A stretch of DNA of 64,000 bases from Eledone cirrhosa (taxonomy: Eukaryota): positions 61,008,001-61,072,000 of the forward strand of contig OZ024744.1 of the NCBI GenBank assembly GCA_964016885.1. Direction: 5' to 3'. Made by a program: the position numbers and the translations under genes. The number at the start of each line of letters is the position of its first letter. Position 1 is the stretch's first letter. The notes below the pieces were generated by a model that saw only the letters and a list, made by a program, of their open reading frames with translations, ran no database searches and had not been told where the DNA came from. Of the stretch, positions 37,625 to 48,600 are shown one piece after another.

Positions 37625-37950
37625 ATGGCGTAGTGGTTAGAGCATTAGCCTTGGAATCGAAAGGTTGTGAGTTCAATTCTCAGACCGGGTGATGTGTTGT
37701 TTCCTTGAGCAAGACACTTTATTTCATATTGCTCCAGTTTACTCAGCTGTAGAAATGAGATGATAGGGACAGGTGTCCACTGCAAAGTGGTCGTGGAGGT
37801 GCCACGGCAAAAAAGCACCCAGCACTCACTGTAAATGAGGTTGGTGTTAGGAAGGGCATCCAGCTGTAGAAATCAAGCCAGAATCAGTTCCCGTCCCACC
37901 CTTGCAAGCAGGGAAAAGTGGACGTAAAATGATGATGCTGATGATGATAA
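37625..37950 (+). mobile_element. Composite SINE: tRNA-derived head (family B) + RTE UTR module + RTE tail
   Basis: tggcgtagtggttagag...gagttcaattctc...tccttgagcaagacacttt...; then gtggtcgtggaggtgcc...aggaagggcatccagc; then cgtcccacccttgcaagcaggg...(GAT)n. Confidence 0.75.
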
Positions 37951-37979
37951 AGCACTCAACAATGAAGTGGACTAAATAC

Positions 37980-38285
37980 ACAATATATTAATAAATGGAA
38001 ACTATATTTATAAAACCATATTTATTTTATTATACATATTTCAAGGGCAACCAAGGTAAATTATGGTGCGCTTTCATCAGATAAAATACAGATTTGGTTT
38101 ATAAATAAATATTGACATACCCAGAAAAAAAAAGACAACCTTAACGGTTGCAGGTCAATATTTATTTATAAACCAAATCTGTATTTTATCTGATGAAAGC
38201 GCACCATAATTTACCTTGGTTGCCCTTGAAATATGTATAATAAAATAAATATGGTTTTATAAATATAGTTTCCATTTATTAATAT

Positions 38286-38290
<5 letters not shown>
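37980..38290. repeat. Fold-back inverted repeat (137-bp arms, 37-nt spacer) carrying a hammerhead in each arm
   Basis: 37980-38116 is the reverse complement of 38154-38290; abuts (TA)n. Confidence 0.93.
38182..38247 (+). ncRNA. Type-I hammerhead ribozyme (mirror copy on the minus strand at 38023-38088)
   Basis: TATTTTAT CTGATGA AAG-c-GCA-CCA..TGG-t-TGC-c-CTT GAAA TATGTA T A ATAAAATA. 8-bp stem I, intact core, near-palindromic stem III, AUA site. Confidence 0.75.
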
Positions 38291-38328
<38 letters not shown>

Positions 38329-38423
38329 GAAAAACATGGGGAAACAAGGTTCAATGAATAAATCAAAGAATGAGTTTTACAATAGATTGGAAACACTCAA
38401 CAGATGGTTTTCCGGAGTTATTA

Positions 38424-38683
38424 ATATTAATTCAAAATATTAACAAAAATAGACATTCGTGTGATCAAGTATATTTTATTATACATATTTCAGAGGTACT
38501 GAGCTATCTTCAACAGTACGTCCTCATCAGATAAAATAAGACGATGCATGAGTCAGGGTATGTCATGCATCATCTTATTTTATCTGATGAGGACGTTCTG
38601 TTGAAGATAGCTAAGAACCTCTGAAATATGTATAATAAAATATACTTGATCACACGAATGTCTATTGTTGTTAATATTTTGAA

Positions 38684-38690
<7 letters not shown>
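38424..38690. repeat. Second fold-back inverted repeat (128-bp arms, 11-nt spacer) carrying a hammerhead in each arm
   Basis: 38424-38551 versus 38563-38690, ~5 mismatches; abuts (TA)n. Confidence 0.93.
38576..38642 (+). ncRNA. Type-I hammerhead ribozyme (mirror copy on the minus strand at 38472-38538)
   Basis: TATTTTAT CTGATGA GGA-c-GTTCT...AGAAC-c-TCT GAAA TATGTA T A ATAAAATA. Same stems I and III as 38182-38247, different stem II sequence. Confidence 0.75.
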
Positions 38691-38735
<45 letters not shown>

Positions 38736-39179
38736 CGTGTTTCATATATATTATGTTTCATATACAGAAAATGTCGATTTCATTGATTATTTTCTGTTTA
38801 ACGAAAGATCGCCTATAATAAGACAAAACGAAGTTATAACATAGTTTTTAGCAAACAATAATTATGTTGGAGTAAAGAAGGACTGGCTGGCTAGTTTCGT
38901 TGAACAATAAAAAAGTTACACACACACATTCACATACATGCACACTTAAGCACACAAACATATATATCCGCACAGACATAAATACATATACACATGCATA
39001 AAACAAACAGACACACATACTCACACACATTCATAATAGACATAATCAGTAGGGAGACTGGCCAAAGGGTAACAACGAAATGAGGCCGCATTGTTTTAAC
39101 AGACAAAACTGTTAGAAGTGGTGTTAAATTACCCCCCCCCCCCTCTCTCTCTCTCTATATATATATATATTAATACACA

Positions 39180-40040
39180 CAAACAATATAGAGGAGCAGT
39201 GGGCGTTCCTGTGAGTTAATCTGCTGAAGGCTACAAACGAGATATGTGGCTGGAACAAGTCTCCAGGAAGAAGGAAAGTGACTTGGTGGTGGAATAGTAG
39301 GGTGGATGAAGCAATTAAGACCAAGAGACAGGTATGATAAGAATAGTAGAATGGGAGAAGCACAGAAGCAAGAAGTTAGGAGAGAGGCTAGACAACAAGT
39401 ATACTTTGCAAGGATGGAAACAGAAAATAAAAAAATTTAAGCATCTTTTGCTACATGAAGTGTTCAAGATTGCAAGGCTGTGTCAGTGAAAATTGTGATG
39501 CTGTTGGGGAGAAATGTGTCTGAGATGATAAGGGCACACTTGCCCGAACTGATGCTGAAAAGAAAGTAGCATGGAAGTGTCTGCTAAATGAAAAGAATGC
39601 ATGGGAGAAGATAGTCTGCCCCAAGTGGACCTCACAGAGGGACCACCCAAACAAATTAGCAGCAGCATAGTAAGTAAAGCAATTAAGGATATGAAGACAG
39701 GCAAAGCAGCTAGACTATCAGGGATAGTTTCTGAAATGCTGAAAGGTCACACCTTGACTCTCCATATTGTAAATAAAGTAATACAGAATGGTGTCATACC
39801 CAATGACTGGCATAGCAGCATCATCGTCAACTGATACAAGGGCAAAGGAGATGCACTAGTCAGAGAAAACTATAGAGGCATCAAGTTGATGGACCAGGTC
39901 ATGAATGTCAAGAAAGAGTTATAGCACAGCTGATTAGGGACTGGGTTAACCTATATGAGATGCAGTTTGAATTTATGCCAGGTAAAAGTAGCACTGATGC
40001 CATCTTCCTTATGAGGTAACTGGAGAAGTACCTATCCAAG
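39180..40040 (+). mobile_element. RTE fragment (linker to start of RT), degenerate
   Basis: SLPQVDLTEGP...SKAIKDMKTGKAA...VIPNDWHSSIIVN. Confidence 0.88.
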
Positions 40041-40650
40041 TAGTTCTCAAAAGGTTGTCGTGTAAGAATTTCCAGTTGTCCTCTGTATTATATGTATCTA
40101 GCTCATCATCCTTCTCATCAAGTGCATCTTGTAGGGCCTTTCTAAACCTATATTTAACAGAGAGGTCCTTTAGCTTCCACACCCTCTGTCTCCATATTTT
40201 CCTGCATCTCTTGTTCTGTCTTTTGTTTATTTTGATGTCACTAATAACTAACTTGTGCTGGGCAGTGCTTCTTCCCCAGCGAAGGCCTTAGTATTTATTA
40301 CAGTCCATTTGTCTTGTCTAACAAGTAAGTAAGTAATTTGGCTTGTGTGTTCACCAGATTGATATGAAATTAGGTGACTGACTGGTTTCCTCAAACTTGT
40401 GTTGCAGATGGTTAGTTCATTTGCATCACAGAATTTCAGGAGTCTCAGCCTCTCTTCATTCTTTGAGTCATAACCATAGCTGCCATGAACTCCACTGAAT
40501 CTATCCTGGTACTGTTCCACTGTCCATTAAAGTTACCTGCCAAAATGATGAAGTCTCTTTCATCAGTAACTGAAGTTGTCTGTAAAAGTTCCTCATAGAA
40601 CCTGTCCTTTTGGTATTTACTTAGTCCTGCCTAGTCCTGAACATAGGCAT
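40041..40650 (-). mobile_element. RTE fragment (APE C-terminal half), degenerate
   Basis: RLLKFCDANELTICNTSLRKPVSHLISYQSGEHTSQI. Confidence 0.85.
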
Positions 40651-41269
40651 TTAGAAAACCACGCACTATGAGTTTTAAAATAGTGACTATGTCACTTACA
40701 TATTCTTGGCAAATAATGGTCTCCTAAATGTTTTTAATTAAACATACAGTATATTGCCAAATATATTATACATACATTCATATATACATCGCTATTTCAG
40801 ATCACCAATACTAATACCTAATTTTTGCTAGCCCGGCAATTGCTCTGTGTAATCAGCTCCTGATTATTACTGGAATTCTATAAGAATCCAGCTTCTATAA
40901 TTATCGGCAAAGGCAGCGGAGTGTGTGGTCTTGATAAATGCTCACAAGCGAGAAACAGACTGTCTGTCAATCACTCTCTGTTGTTATTTGCCGAGAATAA
41001 GTAAGTGACATAATTACTATTTTAAAACTCATAGTGAATAGTCTTCTAAATGTTTTTAATCAAACATACAGTATATTGCCAAATATACTATACATATATA
41101 TATATATCATCATTATCATCATCATCATCATCATCATCGTTGTTGTTTTAACATCCACTTTCCCTCTTTCCCTGCTGGCAAGGAATATATATATATTATA
41201 GTTATTATCTTCAACATGTAAGCATTGTTACCATTGGTTTCCAACTGTGCATGTAACTGAAGATTCAAA

Positions 41270-42415
41270 GTGTTACTAGGAGGTCAAAAATGTTCATCCA
41301 GAACCCTAGATGGTGGCTTTCCTCAAAGTTCTCTCCTAGAAACAATGTTCTTTAACATCTACAGCAAAACTTCGAGGAAATTTGCATATGCTGATGACCT
41401 TACTTTGGCTACCCAATCTACTGACTTTGACAAACTCAACTTTACATTCACAGAAGATCTGAAGAAGATAGAGGACTACTACTCCTACTGGCACCTTCTG
41501 CCCAACCCAAGAAAGACCAGTGACAGCCTTCCATATGCGCACCAGACAAGCTAAGATGGAACTCATGGTCTCCTTCTATGGTAGACATGTCAAGAATGAA
41601 TCACACCCAAATATCTTGGTCTAATATTGGATCGCAGCTTGACCTACTGAGAGCACCTAAAGAGAGTTGTCAGAAAGCTAAAGACCAGGATTAATATCAT
41701 CCACAAATTAGCAGGAGACAGTTGGGGTCGGATGCACACACACTCTGAACTGCATGCTTAGGTCTTGTATACTTAGATGCAGAGTACTGTTCACTGGTCT
41801 AGGCAGGGAGCTGCCATGCCAAGCAAGTTGACACCATCCTCAACTTGGCAATGAGAATAGAATCTAGCAAACTGAAATCTACACCTACTCAATGGCTACC
41901 TACCCTTATATAGCTCCTTCTCACATGCAGTGTTACGAGATGATCGTGAGGCAGTACTTCTTACCAAGTCCATGTCCGACCTTCCCATCCCTGAAGATCT
42001 GGAAAACCTTCCCAACATACGCTTGAAATCACATAAACCATTCTGGGAATCAATGAAAACCCTTCAAGACAATAACTTTGATCTAAAGGAAGAGTGTTGA
42101 AATGGAATGAGTCCAAATTTGCCAACCAAAACCTCGTCAAGGACCCCATATCTAGAACAGCCCAATTTAACCTTCCCAGAAAGCAATGGGTGTCCCTTAA
42201 TCAGATCCACACAACACATGCCAGGACAGCCCATCATCTCCATCGATGGAAAATGAAAGACAGCCCAGCATGTGACTGTGAGGACGCTGACCAAACAGCG
42301 CTTCATATTGTTTGGGATTGCCCTCTCAAACGTTTTCCGGGCAGCATAAAGGCATTCCATGATACTATAAATGACGACGTAGTCTGGTTCACCAATATCA
42401 ATCTGTCTCTCTAGA
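41270..42415 (+). mobile_element. Ingi/Vingi-like (I-group) LINE 3' part, degenerate
   Basis: GGFPQSSLL..FNIY..FAYADDL, HPxYLGLILDRSLT, IHKLAGDSWG, FNLPRKQWVSLN, and C-terminal CDC...QTALHIVWDCP knuckle. Confidence 0.75.
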
Positions 42416-42421
42416 TTTTGT

Positions 42422-43100
42422 GCATCATCATCATCATCATCATCAGGTTTAGCGTCCGTGTTCCACGCTTGCATGGGTTTGGACGGGGGTTTTCCCACTT
42501 GAGGCAAGAGTGGTTGTCTTGCTCGCATAGGACTGTCTGGCGGGTTTTCTACAGTTGGATGCCCTTCCTAACACCAACCACATTTACAGTGTGGGGCTGG
42601 GAGGTTTTTACTGTGTTGCCTACACGGCCACATTACAGCGTGGACTGTCTGGCGGGTTTTCTACAGCTGGATGCCCTTCCTAACACCAACCACATTTACA
42701 GTGTGGGGCTGGGAGGTTTTTACCGTGTTGCCTACACGGCCACATTTACAGCGTGGACTGTGTGTTTTTTTTTGTCGTGACACCTACACGATCTCATTTG
42801 TTTCGGCCTGGATGTTGTGGGACCAACATAACTTTACATTGAAAGGGGCGGTGTGGATGGGGTGGAGGTGGTGGGACGGGGGTGTGTTTTGATAGAGATG
42901 CCTACTGACTGTAGTAGGTTTTTACTTTGTATTTAGGTAAGGCGGGTCTTCTCTATTACTGAGTACCGCCAAAGGTCTCGGTCCAGTGACATTGTCTTGG
43001 AGAGGTGTAAGCGTGTGAGGTCGGAATTTATCAGCTCGTCCCATGTTTTTCTGGGTCTGCCTACTCCGTAGCTACCGTCTATCTTTATTGCCCTGCACTA
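42422..43100 (-). mobile_element. RTE 3' fragment with a ~114-bp tandem duplication in the 3'UTR
   Basis: Homologous to 21617-22170; the ggactgtctggcgggttttctacag...acagcgt block is present twice (~42530 and ~42643). Confidence 0.88.
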
Positions 43101-43924
43101 GTGCATATATCATACAACAAGAAGCAGACAGTACATGTTGCTTAGATTGTGCACATGCGCATCCACCTGCGTAGTTTTCGACCAGTCAACTATAAAGAAA
43201 GATGGCCGACACATTTAAATGAAATCGCATTAGATGTAAGGGGGATAACCCCATGTCTTAACTGAATATTTTTTTTCCTGCAGGGGAATAACTCTTGCTC
43301 ATCATAATTATCATCATCGTTCAATGTCTATCTTCCACGCTAGCATGGGTTTAGACGGGAATTGTCCCACTTGAGGCAAGATTGGTCGTCTCGCTCGTAT
43401 AGGACTGTCTGGCAGGTTTTCCACGACTGGATGCCCTTCCTAACACCAACCACGTTTACAGTGTGGACTGGGACGTTTTTACCGTGTTACCTACACGGCC
43501 ACATTACAGCGTGGCACATACACATTATGGTTAATTAGCTTTTAGTTAAATGTTTTCCTAATTCAGGGGGAATTACTCTTACTAATATTGTTGTTATTCA
43601 GGTGTAATAAGGTGTGTATTGGAGTAAAATGTTAATTGTGTGTGTGCATACTTGCACGTGTATGCATTTATACGTATCTTGGTGTGAAGTTATCTAAGGT
43701 GGTTGTGAGTTTGTGATATTACTGTGAAATTTGTTAAGAGCATTGTCATATGTTTAGGATTGTTTGGAATACGTAGTATGTGTGTGTCTGTAAATATATG
43801 AATCTTGGTGTAGTTGTTTAAGGTGGTTGTAGGTTTGTGATAGTACTGGCCCATGCCTCAAGTAGTTGTGTTCATATGTAAGCATTTTCTGAACATCTAC
43901 ATCTTACAGTTCAAATATCTGTAA

Positions 43925-44240
43925 TATCCTTTATTTTTCACTAATAGCGAACACGTTTTTGCTCCTTCACTATAGGGATTGGTCCTCTGAAGGATGCGCC
44001 ATTCTACCCCGTATACGATGATAATGTCTTTAAGCTTCCATACTCAGGTAACAAGTGTCATTGTTTTTCTCAAATGTTGATGTCTAAATAATGCAATATG
44101 TGAATAGTACTGCTATATGTATATAGTTTTATTGGTGCGTAATATTTAGTTACTATTGGTTTACCAGTTTGAACACTCAATGCCAATGTGGGTCCGGTTG
44201 CTGATGTGGTATCCTACACTTCGTATTACACTGTAGTCAG
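43925..44240 (-). mobile_element. Penelope-like GIY-YIG endonuclease C-terminal remnant
   Basis: Minus strand HIALFRHQHLRKTMTLVT*VWKLKDIIIVYGVEWRILQRTNPYSEGAKTCSL resembles the PLE pattern H..SF....T.LS.YIW.LK....I.W.IL....PY....C.LC. Confidence 0.6.
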
Positions 44241-44312
44241 TACCATTAAGAAGCAGAGTATTAATAATAATAAAAAATAGGAACAAGGTATTGATATAGC
44301 ATCATCATATTT

Positions 44313-45066
44313 TGGATTGGCAGAATCGGTAGAGAGTCAGACGCCTTGCTTTGCAGCAAAGAGTTACGGCCCTTTATGGTCTGAGTTCAAATCCTGCCGA
44401 GGTTGACTTTGCCTTTCATCCTTACGGGGTCGATAAAATAAAGTACCAGTAATATACTGGAACAATTCCTGACCTTGTGCCAAAAGTAGAAACAATTATA
44501 TTTATTCACATTGGTCAGCACAAGGTACGATCGGTGTTGATCGGGCCCACCTCTGGAATCACTAGTTCATCATTGTGGATTCTTTAATTAACCTTGAGCT
44601 GATCAATCGTGAAATACGTGACATGCATGAATAAACATAATGATACTCTAGTGATACCTCGTTCCTACTCAAGGGTGGTGGATTGGCAGTATTGTTAGAG
44701 GGTCAGACGCCATGTTTTGCAGCATAGAGTTATGGGCCTTTACGATCTGAGTTGAAATCCCGCTGAGGTTAACTTTGCATTTCATCCTTACGGGATTGAT
44801 AAAATAAAGTACCAGTAATGTACTGGGTAATTGCTGGCCTTGTGCCTAAAGTAGAAACAATTATATATATATAGGGTGTTGGACTGGCAGTATCGGTAGA
44901 GAGTTGAACGCCATGCTTTGCTGCATAGAGTTACAGCCATTTAAGGTCTAATTTAAAATTACGCTGAGGTTAACTTTGCCTTTCATCCTTACTGGGTTCA
45001 GAAAATAAAGTACCAGTAATGCACTAGGATAATTGCTGGCCCTGTGCCAAAAGTAGAAACAATTAT
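44313..45066 (+). mobile_element. Cluster of three tRNA-derived SINE family A copies (44313-44500, 44673-44863, 44874-45066)
   Basis: Each reads ttggcag(a/t)atcggtagag...tgagttcaaatcc...gcctttcatccttac...aaagtagaaacaattat, with minor variants. Confidence 0.9.
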
Positions 45067-48000
45067 CATCATCATCATCATCATCATTTTACGTCCGCTC
45101 TTCCCTGCTTGCATGGGTGGGACGGGTCTTATTCAGCACAGCATCTCTCCACTTGTCACAGTCCTTCGTCAACTCCACCGTGAGCTTCAGTGATCTGAGG
45201 TCTGTTCTCACCACCTCCACCCATATTTTTCGTGGTCTACCTCTACCACGTCTTCCTTCAACTGGCATTTCCTGGCACTTCTTCACCCATTGATCATCCT
45301 CCATGCGCATCACATGTCCATACCACCTCAGTCTCCTCTCCCGCACACTACATTCTATCCCTCTCAGACACAGTTTCTCTCTCAATACACCCATGCTTGG
45401 TCGTTCACGCATATTGACATTGCACATCCAACAAAGCATGCTTGCCTCATTTCTCGCCAGCCGTCGCATATCCTCTGCAATTGCTGCCCAAGTCTCACTA
45501 CCATGCAGCATCGCATACCTCACACAGGTATCATATAACCGGCCTTTCATATGCAGAGAAAGCAGCTCCCTAAACTTATTCCAGCCCGTCCTTATTCTAG
45601 ATACTATCGCCTTGGAACACCCATCTCCCATGCTAATCTGATCACCTAGGTACCAGAAGCTATCAACCACTTCTATAGCACCCACCTGCATTTGAAAAAT
45701 GTATCTAGCAATGCGACTTCTACTGTCAAATTTCCCTGTACATCTACTGCATACATATTACTCCCTACCTGTTAGTTTGCCTGCTATCCCACTACATCTC
45801 TTGAGTACCCAAGATCTGCATTGTGTGCATTTTATAGAATTTATGCCAGTTCCTTTTCTGCATATCGAACATGGCCATTTCCCTGATGGAATCAGAGTTT
45901 TGTCCTCTTTTCTACTCATCAACACTTTTGTTTTAGCTAGGTTCACTCTCAGTCCTCTTGCTTCCAACTGCTGTTTCCATAGCCAGAATTTATTCTCTAG
46001 CTTCTCTACTGATTCTGCTATAAGAACCAGATCATCAGCATAGAGAAGTTCCCATGGACAGCCAGTCTTAAACTCCTCTGTTATGGCTTGGAGGACTATA
46101 ATGAACAAGAGCGGGCTGAGGACTGACACCTGATGTACTCCTACTTGTATCTGGAATTCCTCACTAAACTCCATTCCTACCCTGACTTTACTGACAGCAC
46201 CTCTGTACAAAGCTTGCACTGTCCTCACAAGCCATTCCTCAACAGCTAGTTTCCTTAGGGACCACCAGATGACAGATCGGGGTTCTCTATCAAAGGCCTT
46301 CTCTAGGTCAACAAAAGCTAAGTATAGTGACTTATTCTTCTCTAAGAACCTCTCTTGTAGTTGTCTCTCTAAGAAGAGGACATCTGTTGTACTTTTCCAG
46401 GGCACAAAACCAAACTGCATCTCATCTAGTTTGACCCTTTCTCTAATTAGTTGCGCTAATATCCTTTCTGCCACTTTCATAACCTGATCCATCAGTTTTA
46501 TGCCCCTATAATTGCTCCTCTCCAGAGCATCCCCTTTATCTTTGTAGCAATTTATGAGAATACTGCTGCACCAGTTTTGGGGTATGACACCACCATATAT
46601 AGCCCGATTGATGATGTGTGCAACCAGTTTAGTGCCTATGTCCCCTGATGCCTTCAGCATCTCAGCAACTATCCCCGACGGTCCAGCGGCCTTACCATTT
46701 TTCATTTCCTTAATCGCCTCTTGGACCCTATATTCGTCAATCTCAGTAGCTGGTCCCTCTGACAGATCTACTGGGGGTAATTTCTCTCTCTCCCATTCGT
46801 TCTCCACATTCATCAGTTTCTCATAATGACATTTCCAGGCCTCCTTTTTCTGATCATTCGTGACACTAAGTACACCGGCATCATTCCGGACACACTTATC
46901 TCCAACAACATCCTGATTTGCACTGACACACTGCTTTGCAATGCGGAACACCACATGTCTCTGATCTTCCTGTCCCAGAACATTGGCAAACCTCCTACTC
47001 TCAGCCTCCCTGCGTGCTAAGTACACCTGACATCTAGCTTCTCTCTTAGCAGCTGTATATCCTTCTCTACTTCCACCATTTTTTCAAGCATTCCATGCTA
47101 GTCTTTTGTCTCTAATGGCCCTATCTAGTGTGCCAGGTCACTCTCTGTCTGGTTGGAGCTCTGTTCCAGCCACAAGTTTCTTCAGTAGCCTGCAGTAAGT
47201 TGTCACGTAAGAAATTCCAGTTATCATCTGTCATACGACTCTTCTTTTTCATCTTACACTTGAAGGGCTTTGCTAAATTTATATTTTAATGAAAGGTCTT
47301 TTAGCTTCCAGACCTTTCTTTTCCACACCTTTCTGTATGTCTCATTCCGTCTCTTGCTTCCTGAGATATCACTAACAACTAACCTATGCTGTGGGGTACA
47401 TTCTTCCCCAGGGTATGCCTTGTTATTTGACATCATCTGCCTGTCCCACTGCCTAACTAGCAAGAAGTCAATCTGGCTTATGTGCTTGCCTGATTTGTAG
47501 GTTATTTGGTGGTTGGCAGGTTTCTGGAAGTTAGTGTTGCAAATGGTTAGTGCACTTGAATCACAAAATTCAAGAAGTCTCGCTCCTACTTCATTTCTTG
47601 AGTCGTAATGGTGCCCACCATGTACCCAAGTGTAACCATCCTGGAGCTGTCCAACATGACCATTGAAATCTCCTGCTTACATAACAATGTCTCCGTCCTC
47701 TGTCATTGAGGCTGTTTGGAAAAGTTGCTAATAAAAGCAGTATTTCTCTTCTTTACCTAGGCCTGTCTGGGGAGCATAGGCAGAGATGATTGTCAGTAGT
47801 CTCCTGCCTACAACTAATCTAAGCTTAATTATTCTATTACTAACTCAAACTACCTCTATTGTCTTATTGATCCATCTCTCAGCCAGTAATATGCCCACCC
47901 CACCTAACCCATCACCATTATCCACCCAGAAAAGCTTATAACTAAGATGTTTGCCTGCGATTGGTCTCTCCATCTCACCTCTTGCACGCAGCACATATCC

Positions 48001-48600
48001 ACATGCCTTCTCTCCAGCATCTCCGCTATTTCACCAGATCTACCTGCGAGAGGGTCAACATTAAGTGTTGCAACTCTGAGATGCGACGTCTTCATATTCT
48101 TGTTCTTTTTCCTGTAGTGCGATTGCTTGGTGACAGTCGGGGGGAGGGGGGGGGGGTTCTCGCACATGGCCTCATCAGCCACCCCACTACCATGCGCAAC
48201 CCTAACATGGTTAGTGTTATTGCTGTTGATGCAGTTGTTGCAATTCTCATTTGTTGTATACTGGTTGGATGCCCTTCCTAACACCAGCACCACTTTACAG
48301 CATGGACAGGGTGCTTTTATTCGTGCCACCAGCACTAGAGCGGATGTCTTACTGGACTCAGAGGGCCTTCTCTGCCCCTCCATTTTACAGCATGGACTGG
48401 TGGCTTTTATTCGTGCCACCAGCACTAGAGCGGATGTCTTACTGGACTCAGGGGCCTTCTCTGCTCCTCCATTTTACAGCATGGACTGGGTCCTTTTATT
48501 TGTACCACCAGCACTAGAGAGGTCGTCTTACTGGACTTAAGGGACTTATCTACCCAGCACCAATTTATTCGGAGTGGTAGCCCTCCTAGACGGCTTGCCT
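45066..48600 (-). mobile_element. Near-full-length RTE LINE (5'UTR with three ~90-bp repeats, APE, RT, PHD-like finger, (GAT)n), inactivated
   Basis: LRVATLNVDPLAGRSGEIAEMLERRHVDMCCVQEVRWR (APE); 422-aa RT ORF with YADD; 200-aa C-terminal ORF; repeats at 48294, 48384, 48473. Confidence 0.95.

Noticed and set aside
37625-37690. tRNA gene (also the heads at 7660-7726, 44313, 44673, 62540)
   Set aside because: A and B boxes are present, but there is no full cloverleaf and the heads run into SINE bodies.
48540-48600. HDV-like ribozyme at the RTE 5' end
   Set aside because: Known for some RTEs, but I could not build the nested double pseudoknot by eye here; it needs a descriptor search.
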